Assembly: GCA_947463125.1 (NCBI GenBank) | Contig: CANHQZ010000002.1 | Coordinates: 46,951-110,950, forward strand | Length of the DNA: 64,000 nt | Source: Flavobacteriales bacterium | GTDB lineage: Bacteria > Bacteroidota > Bacteroidia > NS11-12g > UBA955 | Direction of reading: 5' to 3' | In this document: positions 1 through 7,495 of the stretch, in pieces | Layout of the letters: every line of letters begins with the position of its first letter | How positions within the stretch are numbered: the stretch's first letter is position 1 | Translations under genes and position numbers: made by a program | Notes under the pieces: model-generated | The model's input: the letters and a program-made list of their open reading frames with translations, nothing else | Database searches by the model: none | Told to the model about the DNA's origin: nothing

Positions 1-124
1 GACCCGCAATTTCTTTTTTGATCTTTTCAAGCTCTTCGCGCTTTTGCAGCACATCGCTTTTTTTTCCGCCACAGGCATGAATAAGTAATGCAGTGCCGAG
101 CAGTATGAAGGATTGTATTCTCAT
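1..124 (-). CDS. N-terminal part of a lipoprotein, probably an efflux RND periplasmic adaptor subunit; runs off the window edge
   Basis: ATG at 124 reads MRIQSFILLGTALLIHACGGKKSDVLQKREELEK (lipobox-like Cys, then coiled coil); lies directly downstream of tetR-tolC. Confidence 0.65.
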   Translation of the reverse strand, partial: MRIQSFILLGTALLIHACGGKKSDVLQKREELEKIKKEIAG

Positions 125-140
125 GATTTTGAATTGTTTA

Positions 141-1496
141 TTATTTTAAGATATCGTTTCCAAGGGCTTTTTTAAGTTCCAGTTTTGCCATTACCAAATC
201 GTATAGCGCATTCAGGTAGTTTGCCTGGCCGGTCTTTAAATCCGTCTCGGCTTGCAGCAATTCCAATGCACTGCCTACGCCTTCTTTGTACTTGAACACA
301 GTGCTGGCATAAATGTTATTTGCCAGCTGAACATTTTGTTTTTGAACAGCCACCATTTCCAGTTGGGTTTGATAGGTTCTCAGTGCATTTTCGTATTCCA
401 TATTCGCCGCATTCTGGAAGGTTTTAATATCGTTCATGGTTTTGGTTCGCCTGATTTTAACGTCTGCGATGGCGGCCTTGGAACGAAGTCCGTCAAACAG
501 GGACATACTAAGATTTAAACCAAAAGCAGTGCTTGGAACCCAGTTGTTGTTGGGTGTGAGGTTTGACTGAAAGAAGTTAAATTCCGGACGCTGTGTTGTT
601 TGCTGGTGCTGTAAAAAACCAACAAGGGTGGGGAATTTCCCTACTTTGTACCGTTTTTCTTCAAGGTAACTGATGGACAGGCTTTTGTTCAGCAGCTGAT
701 ATTCAAAGCGGTTTTTAATATCAAACGGTTCGTTTCCTACCGGAATGGTTTTGTCAAGTGACTCTAAGTCATCGGAGAGCGAAATGGGGTTTTGAACCGG
801 CATGCCGATTTGAATTTTCAGTAAATTCAGCGAAGCGGCAGAAGCCAGCAGCAGTTTTTCTTTTTGAACCTTCAGGTTGGTAAGGCTGAACTCAAGGCGC
901 TGCACGTCCAGCTTCTCGGCAAACCCTTCTTTGTTGAGTGCCTTCACATCGTTCAGGCTTTTTTCCAGCAAGGCAATATTGCTGTTAATCAGGGAAATGT
1001 TCTTTTGCAGTGTCAGTGTCATGAGGTATGCTTTTGAGACGTTCAGCGCAACATCGCTGCGGGTTTTACCTGCCATTGTTCTGCTAATATCCATTACCTC
1101 CCTGGCTGCTTTCAGACCCAGCAGAAAGCTGCCACTGTAAATGAGCTGGTTCATGCTTACAGTGGCGTTGGATGCAATGGGCTGCTGGAACTGCAGGAAA
1201 ACATACTCAGGTGCACCCGGACTGGGAACAAAGTTCTTTACCCAGTTTCCCGGAACCTGCGTGTATTGAAGAAAGTTGGCATTGACGGATACCTGTGGTA
1301 AACCGGAAGCGGTCACCTGGTTTACAGCCTGTCGGCTGATTTCAACATCTGCTGCCGAATTTTGAATGGCGGCGCTGTTGGTTTCAGCATATCGCAGTGC
1401 ATCGGCAAGACTCATTTTCAGGGTATCCTGCCCAAAAAGCGGACGGCTGAAACACATTGCCACAAGTGGCACAATAATTCTGTATACGTAGTTCAT
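141..1496 (-). CDS. TolC family outer-membrane efflux protein
   Basis: Signal peptide, two OEP-like repeats (LPQVSVNA..., FPTLVGF...LFDG), C-terminal YKEGVGSALELLQAETDL; ATG overlaps the tetR stop. Confidence 0.9.
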   Translation of the reverse strand: MNYVYRIIVPLVAMCFSRPLFGQDTLKMSLADALRYAETNSAAIQNSAADVEISRQAVNQVTASGLPQVSVNANFLQYTQVPGNWVKNFVPSPGAPEYVFLQFQQPIASNATVSMNQLIYSGSFLLGLKAAREVMDISRTMAGKTRSDVALNVSKAYLMTLTLQKNISLINSNIALLEKSLNDVKALNKEGFAEKLDVQRLEFSLTNLKVQKEKLLLASAASLNLLKIQIGMPVQNPISLSDDLESLDKTIPVGNEPFDIKNRFEYQLLNKSLSISYLEEKRYKVGKFPTLVGFLQHQQTTQRPEFNFFQSNLTPNNNWVPSTAFGLNLSMSLFDGLRSKAAIADVKIRRTKTMNDIKTFQNAANMEYENALRTYQTQLEMVAVQKQNVQLANNIYASTVFKYKEGVGSALELLQAETDLKTGQANYLNALYDLVMAKLELKKALGNDILK

Positions 1497-2122
1497 CACA
1501 AGTTTTCTTTTTCAAAGTTTAACCAGCTGATCTCTTTAAAAAGGTTTTTGCCTTTTTCTGTGGTAACAGCATGTAAGTGGTATTTTATGGTTTCAATGTA
1601 TTCTTCCCGGAAACTTCTGATTTCCTCTCCATCAAACAGCGTGTTCTGAAACATGGAAAAAATCAGACACATATATATACGTGCCACTCGGCTGCGATGC
1701 ATGTCCTCTCTGAAAAGACCGAGTTCAACGCCTTTTTGTAGATTTTGGTCAACGCTCTGCAATGCAAAGCGGTTTCGGTGTTCTGTCAGGTGCGTGTAGC
1801 TTGCAGGATAGAATTTTTGTAAATCGAACAATACGGAAGGGTGGACATTCTTGTTCATTTCCAGCACGAAATCGGCGATCTTGGCTATCTGCAACACAGG
1901 GTTTGCCTCCGATGTCATAATCTGGGTGGTGTTTTTTTCCATTTCGGCAATGTGCATTGAAATGGTGTCAAATACCAGCTGGTCTTTATCCTGATAATGT
2001 TTGTAGATGGTCTTTTTTGACATGGACAAGGCCTTGGCTACATCGTCCATAGATACACTCCTCACACCAAGTTCCATGAAAAGTTTAGCCGCCGTCCTCA
2101 AAATCCTTTCCTGCACTTCCAT
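1496..2122 (-). CDS. TetR/AcrR family transcriptional regulator
   Basis: N-terminal HTH ILRTAAKLFMELGVRSVSMDDVAKALSMSKKTIYKHY. Confidence 0.95.
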   Translation of the reverse strand: MEVQERILRTAAKLFMELGVRSVSMDDVAKALSMSKKTIYKHYQDKDQLVFDTISMHIAEMEKNTTQIMTSEANPVLQIAKIADFVLEMNKNVHPSVLFDLQKFYPASYTHLTEHRNRFALQSVDQNLQKGVELGLFREDMHRSRVARIYMCLIFSMFQNTLFDGEEIRSFREEYIETIKYHLHAVTTEKGKNLFKEISWLNFEKENL

Positions 2123-2132
2123 AATGGCGCTG

Positions 2133-2140
2133 CAAAAGTA
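2133..2140 (-). promoter_or_regulatory. Bacteroidota -7 promoter element (TACTTTTG) for the tetR-tolC operon
   Basis: Exact TAnnTTTG 10 bp upstream of ATG. Confidence 0.7.
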
Positions 2141-2153
2141 AGAAAATAAACCA

Positions 2154-2183
2154 AGGAAACCAAGAAGGTTTGCAAAGTTTCCT
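2154..2183. promoter_or_regulatory. Inverted repeat AGGAAAC-N16-GTTTCCT, candidate TetR operator
   Basis: Perfect 7-bp arms over the upstream promoter region of tetR. Confidence 0.55.
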
Positions 2184-2206
2184 GCGGAGGTGATGCTGAT
2201 TTCTTA

Positions 2207-3967
2207 TTAGTGAATTTGAATGTCAAACGGCATGCGCATGTATACACCGCGGCTGTTCATGACCCTTTTCATCTCGGCATAGGGGAGGTGCAGCATACCC
2301 ATTTCTTTTTTGATCCACTGGTCTGTTGCTTCGGCTGTTCCGGCTTTGCCAAAAAGCAGTTCCAGGGTAGATTTTTGCTTGGGCATGCTGACAATCCGGT
2401 ATTTTTTCAGTTTTGCTTTTGCAGCCGCGCTGCTGATGGCTCTTTGAAGCCCACCGTAGGCATCTGTTAGGTTAAGGTTTTTGGCATAAATACCGGTATA
2501 AACGTGCCCTTCGGCAAGTTGTTTTACCCTGCCGGTATCCATGTGTCTGCCCTTAGCCACGATTCCGGTGAAATCTTCATAAATATCATTTACCATCCCC
2601 TGAAAATAACTGCGCATTCCCTGGCTAAGCGGTTCGTCGGGACGCCAGGTAACGGCATAATCACCGGTAAGAACGGTTTCGTAACTCAGCCCCAGTTTTT
2701 CCTTATACATCTTGGATGTATTGGGAATCATGGCAAACACACCTATGCTGCCTGTAATGGTAGTGGGTTGGGCGAAAATACTGTCTGCCAGACATGCGAT
2801 ATAATAGCCTCCGCTGGCAGCAACGCCACCGAAACTGGCAATCACCGGCTTAACCTTGCGCATCAGTTCAATTTCGCGGGCAATTATATCGCTGGCATTG
2901 CTGCTTCCTCCCGGGCTGTTTACCCTAAGCACAACGGCTTTGATATTGCTGTCAAGCCTTGCCTTCTTTAGTGTTGCGGCCAGCGATGTGCTCCCAATAC
3001 CGTCACCCGATTCATTGTTTCCCATGTTTATTTCGCCGGAGGCATAAATGACGGCAATTTTAGCATCGCCTTCACCGGTATTCCAGCTTCCCTTGGCATA
3101 TTCTTCAAAGGCATATTTGTTCAGTTTTTTACCGGGTTTGCTCTGTGATAGCTGTATCAGTTCATATTCCACCTGGTCTTCATACTTCAATCCGTCTACC
3201 AGTTTGTATTGCAGGGCAAGATTTGCATTGCGTGCCCTGAAATTATTGGCAATGTCTGCAACGGTTGCGGAATCCATATTTCGCGATGCGGCAATGTTTT
3301 TCATGCAATATCCAAACAGACTGAAAACGTAGTCGCGTACCTGTTCACGGTTAGCATCACTCATTTTATTTTGTATAAATGGCTCAACCGCACTTTTATA
3401 TTTTCCTGCCTTGAAGACCTCAAACTCAAGGCCGAGTTTGTCGAGCATTCCTTTGTAAAGTGCTGTCTGTCCGGCATATCCGTTAAACTCAAGTATCCCT
3501 TTTGGATTCAGATAAATCTTGTTACAGGCCGATGCGATGTAGTAGCCTGCGTCTGAAAAGAGCTCAGCATAGGCAATTACGAACTTGCCCGTTTTGCGGA
3601 ATTCCAGGATTTTCTGTCTGATTTCTTCGGCGGTCCCCATGCTTCCTGCATACAAATCGGTACGCAGGTAAACCCCTTTAATTTTATCGTCTTTGGCAGC
3701 CTTGTCGAGGCCGAAAAGAATTGCATTGAGACCGACCGGAGATAATTCTTCGCCGGAAACGGAAAGTTCTGATAAAGGATCGTCCGCAGCCCTGTCGGGT
3801 ATGTCGCCTGTCAAGGTTAGTTCAAGAACGGTGTTGTTTTTAACCTCCGGTTTTTCACCCATGCTTCCGGCTATGCCACCTATAACAGCGGCAAAAAAGA
3901 AAATAATCAGCACCATGCCGATGAAAAAACCGATGATGCTGGCAAATATATTTTTCAGGAATCCCAT
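2207..3967 (-). CDS. sppA: Signal peptide peptidase SppA (protease IV, long form)
   Basis: GKYKSAVEPF, LRVNSPGGS, AASGGYYIA, TITGSIGV motifs; N-terminal TM helix. Confidence 0.95.
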   Translation of the reverse strand: MGFLKNIFASIIGFFIGMVLIIFFFAAVIGGIAGSMGEKPEVKNNTVLELTLTGDIPDRAADDPLSELSVSGEELSPVGLNAILFGLDKAAKDDKIKGVYLRTDLYAGSMGTAEEIRQKILEFRKTGKFVIAYAELFSDAGYYIASACNKIYLNPKGILEFNGYAGQTALYKGMLDKLGLEFEVFKAGKYKSAVEPFIQNKMSDANREQVRDYVFSLFGYCMKNIAASRNMDSATVADIANNFRARNANLALQYKLVDGLKYEDQVEYELIQLSQSKPGKKLNKYAFEEYAKGSWNTGEGDAKIAVIYASGEINMGNNESGDGIGSTSLAATLKKARLDSNIKAVVLRVNSPGGSSNASDIIAREIELMRKVKPVIASFGGVAASGGYYIACLADSIFAQPTTITGSIGVFAMIPNTSKMYKEKLGLSYETVLTGDYAVTWRPDEPLSQGMRSYFQGMVNDIYEDFTGIVAKGRHMDTGRVKQLAEGHVYTGIYAKNLNLTDAYGGLQRAISSAAAKAKLKKYRIVSMPKQKSTLELLFGKAGTAEATDQWIKKEMGMLHLPYAEMKRVMNSRGVYMRMPFDIQIH

Positions 3968-4250
3968 AAAATTTCAACTTTTCGTCTTACGAAGATAACC
4001 GGCAATGAAAATGTAAAACAATGTTTCATCGTTTAACATTATCAATTACGCGATTAAGGGAGTTTTTAATATTGTTTTGCAGTTTCCTTATTTACAAAGA
4101 ACTTTGGGCACAAAATTTGGCTTATTGTAGTTAATATGAATTCAAAAACATTCAATTCCCTTTAATTACGCAGTTTTAGACTGTTTGAGAAGGTGGAGTT
4201 TGTTTTAATGTACAGTTTTTGTGTTTATAATAATATACAAATCAGTGCTT

Positions 4251-7200
4251 ATGAAAAACAACATTACGAAATCAATCTTACTGGCTTCTGCAGTTATTCT
4301 TACCGCAAAGCTCCATGCACAGCAGACCATCGGACTGCAAATGGGTAACCACAATGCTTCTTATGCCTATGCATTGAATCCTGCACAGACCTATTCCAGC
4401 AAAAACCGGTTTTATTTCAACTTCTGGGGCGCCGGTGCGGGATTCACTAACAATTTTCTGACCTATTCAGCCCCTTTCAGCCTTTGGCAAATGGGTGCCG
4501 GAAATTATCCAGATAAATACAAGAATGCGGCAGGCAACCTGGATTTTAATCCATCCTGGCTGAAACTCGACGGAAATACAGATAACTGGAAACTGTACTA
4601 TCTGGATGAAGCCTATGGACCGTCCATGCACTTCAGGATAACTCCGAGAACCGCCATCGGTTTTGGTATAAAGTCGGTGGCCGGAATGAGTATTACCGGC
4701 GTTAATAAAAACCTGGGCAATCTTTTCAAGTTTGGCCTGGATAGCAATGGACAGGGTTTTTCGGGCCCAAATGGTGCGCAAATTGGCGTGGATTATGACA
4801 TTTCAAGGTTCTCCATCAACACAGACAAGTGGCAAGAGTGGTTCTTTTCTCTGGCTGGTGTTACCCGTGACAAGGGACGTCATTTTACCAAATGGGGCGC
4901 TACCGGAAAAATGCTGCTGGGCATGGGTGCAGCGCATCTGGGTTCAACCGGAGGCACTTACCGTTTCAATAACTATAACCAAGTGCAGTTTAATAATTTG
5001 CAATCTACCTGGTTTCATACCGACGATGAAAGTGCAACACGCACCCTTACCAGCCCTTTTGGGATGAAATTTGATTTTCTCCAGGGTGGAGGTTTGGGCG
5101 CCGATATTGGTTTTATGTATGAAAACCGGCCGGAAAAAGGCAGAAAGCGCTATAATAATCCCTGGTTTGATTGCCTGGATGAAGATAAAAACGAATATAG
5201 ATGGCGTTTTGGATCCAGTTTGACCGACCTCGGCTTTATTGTTTATGGTGGTCAAAACAGGCTGATAAACAATAAAAACGCTACATGGAACGTGAACAGA
5301 AACCTGGTAAATACATATCAGGGTTTTGGCACGGATCCGCTGACCAATGTGAGTACCGGTTTTTACGACAGCCTGAATTCGGATGCTGCCAACAATTTTG
5401 TCACCACTACGCCTGCCGCCTTGAATGTGCAGTTTGATCGCAGTTTTGGCAATGATTTCTATCTTGGGGTAAACTGGACCCACAGTTTGAAAGGCGATTA
5501 TGCCTGGGGTGTCCGCCGTGCCTCATTCCTCAGTGCCGTTCCTCGCTGGGAAACCGAACATGCTGAAATTGGCATGCCACTGACCCTTACAAGGGATTAT
5601 GAACAATTGAATGTTGGATTATACGGACGTTTAGGCCCATTCACACTGGGAACAGACAACCTTGCAGGAATCATGAAGTATGCCTCCAAAGGTGAATATA
5701 CCGGAGCAAATGTTTATTTCGGTGTGCGTTTGAAGCTGGAAGCCTGCGGCTGGTGGTACTACAGATCAAAAGAATACAAGGATTCCGTAAGAAATACCAA
5801 AACAGAAGTTCAAAAGAACGATACTTTCTGGAAGAGGGATACTATTACAGTCATTAAGCGCGATACCATCCGCAAGACAGATACGGTTGTAAAGTATAAA
5901 AATACCGAAGTGAGGCCCGATCTCAGGAATAAAGAAGAGGAGCTGCGCAAAAAAGAGGCAGAGCTGAGGGCAAAAGAAGAAGATTTGCGCAAACGGGAAC
6001 AGAACATTACCGGTACCGGGGGCAATTGCAAAGCTTGTCAGGATGAACTGCTTTTTGTGAGACAGCAACTCACCAATACCCGTGACCAATTATCCAGGAT
6101 TCGCACCCAACTGGATGATTGCAACCGCAATAAGGCTGTAATTACCGCAGAAAATGAAGATTTGAAAAAGAGAAATGCGGCACTGGCTGCCGAGGTAGAC
6201 AAACTGAAGCGGGAGAACGCCGTATTGCGACTTAACACCAATCCCTGCGACAGACAGGTGAGGAGTCGGGATTCACTGCTGGCCGTGGAAAGAGAGAGAA
6301 ATGCCCGCATTCAGGCTGAGCTTGACAAGAAGAAGGCAGATTGTGATATAGTGCAGAAAGAATTGGATAATACCAAAAAAAGGGTATCGGTGCTGGAAGC
6401 GGAAGTGGCGGAAGGCAAAAAGAGAATTGCCGTTTTGGAAACCGAATTGTCTAATTGCAGGCTGGGCAACGCAGGAAGCAATGCTGATTGCCTAAACAGG
6501 GTGAAACAGCTGGAAGCTCAGATTGCTGCTGAAAAACAGAAAAATGCAGCCCTTGAGAAAGATCTTGCCGACACCAAAGTGAAACTGGATGCCGAAGTTA
6601 AGAAAAATGCCACACTGATGCTTGATCTCGATGCCTGCCGTAAGGCTTCTGCGCTGGATAAAAAACGGATTGCTGAACTGGAAGCCTTGCTAAAAAACAG
6701 CAACAGCGGTGATTGCGGACCGTTTAAACAAAGAATTGCAGAACTGGAGGCGGAGGTTGCAACGCTGAAAGCCAACCAGGATAAGCAAACAAAGACCATT
6801 TCCGAACTGGAAGCCAAGCTGAAAAACGGAAGTGGTTCAGAAGAGCTGAATAAGTGCAAGGCCGATCTGGAAGCTGCCAGAAAGCGTATTGCAGAGCTGG
6901 AAGCTGAATTGGTAAATATAAAAAAACAGCGAGATCAGTATCAGGCAGAACTGGAGGCCAACAAGAAGAAAGTGGCTGAACTGGAAGCTAAGCTTAAAGA
7001 CTGCGAAAGCAAGGGGAATAGCTGCACTGAATGTGAGGAAGAACTGGCTCAGATTAAAATTCAGCTGGAGCAGAAAGAAAATGCTTACAATGCGCTCAGA
7101 GAGGAACAAAAGGCTTGCATAAAAGCCCTTGAATCTACCAGAGCCAAACTGACTGAAGCAGAAAACAAGCTGAAAAATGGAGCCGGTGACAAGAGCAACA

Positions 7201-7445
7201 AGGAAAAAGAACTGCAGGCTGAAATTGACAGGCTGAATTTAATCATCCTGCAGTTGAATGCGGATGTTAAAGCGCGTCAGAATTCACTGGATGACCTAAA
7301 AGAGGCATACGAAAAACTCGAGAACAGCAATGCTGAACTGGCAGGCAGAATAAAAACCATGCAGGCCGAACTCGATTTGCTGAAGAATCAGATCAACACA
7401 CTGCGTATGCAATTAAAAGAATGTCAGGAGGCAAGCGGCAAATAA
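4251..7445 (+). CDS. DUF5723-like outer-membrane beta-barrel fused to a long cysteine-punctuated coiled coil
   Basis: Signal peptide MKNNITKSILLASAVILTAKLHAQ; barrel motifs LNPA, ADIGFMYE, GSSLTDLGFI, VPRWE, GRLGPFTLGTDN, NVYFGVRL; then ~500 aa of K/E/L/A-rich heptads. Confidence 0.75.
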   Translation: MKNNITKSILLASAVILTAKLHAQQTIGLQMGNHNASYAYALNPAQTYSSKNRFYFNFWGAGAGFTNNFLTYSAPFSLWQMGAGNYPDKYKNAAGNLDFNPSWLKLDGNTDNWKLYYLDEAYGPSMHFRITPRTAIGFGIKSVAGMSITGVNKNLGNLFKFGLDSNGQGFSGPNGAQIGVDYDISRFSINTDKWQEWFFSLAGVTRDKGRHFTKWGATGKMLLGMGAAHLGSTGGTYRFNNYNQVQFNNLQSTWFHTDDESATRTLTSPFGMKFDFLQGGGLGADIGFMYENRPEKGRKRYNNPWFDCLDEDKNEYRWRFGSSLTDLGFIVYGGQNRLINNKNATWNVNRNLVNTYQGFGTDPLTNVSTGFYDSLNSDAANNFVTTTPAALNVQFDRSFGNDFYLGVNWTHSLKGDYAWGVRRASFLSAVPRWETEHAEIGMPLTLTRDYEQLNVGLYGRLGPFTLGTDNLAGIMKYASKGEYTGANVYFGVRLKLEACGWWYYRSKEYKDSVRNTKTEVQKNDTFWKRDTITVIKRDTIRKTDTVVKYKNTEVRPDLRNKEEELRKKEAELRAKEEDLRKREQNITGTGGNCKACQDELLFVRQQLTNTRDQLSRIRTQLDDCNRNKAVITAENEDLKKRNAALAAEVDKLKRENAVLRLNTNPCDRQVRSRDSLLAVERERNARIQAELDKKKADCDIVQKELDNTKKRVSVLEAEVAEGKKRIAVLETELSNCRLGNAGSNADCLNRVKQLEAQIAAEKQKNAALEKDLADTKVKLDAEVKKNATLMLDLDACRKASALDKKRIAELEALLKNSNSGDCGPFKQRIAELEAEVATLKANQDKQTKTISELEAKLKNGSGSEELNKCKADLEAARKRIAELEAELVNIKKQRDQYQAELEANKKKVAELEAKLKDCESKGNSCTECEEELAQIKIQLEQKENAYNALREEQKACIKALESTRAKLTEAENKLKNGAGDKSNKEKELQAEIDRLNLIILQLNADVKARQNSLDDLKEAYEKLENSNAELAGRIKTMQAELDLLKNQINTLRMQLKECQEASGK

Positions 7446-7466
7446 ATTGGCCGTATGCAATCAACG

Positions 7467-7494
7467 AAAAGGGCGTCTTATGACGCCTTTTTTT
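7467..7494. terminator. Bidirectional intrinsic terminator
   Basis: AAAAGGGCGTC-TTAT-GACGCCTTTTTTT between convergent genes. Confidence 0.85.
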
Positions 7495-7495
7495 A

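Noticed and set aside
4136..4165. 9-codon upstream ORF (MNSKTFNSL) before the barrel-coil gene
   Set aside because: Too short and no attenuator structure seen
5920..7445. Coiled-coil tail as an SMC, phage tape-measure or defence protein
   Set aside because: No Walker motifs, hinge domain or phage context; the signal peptide and barrel indicate an envelope protein
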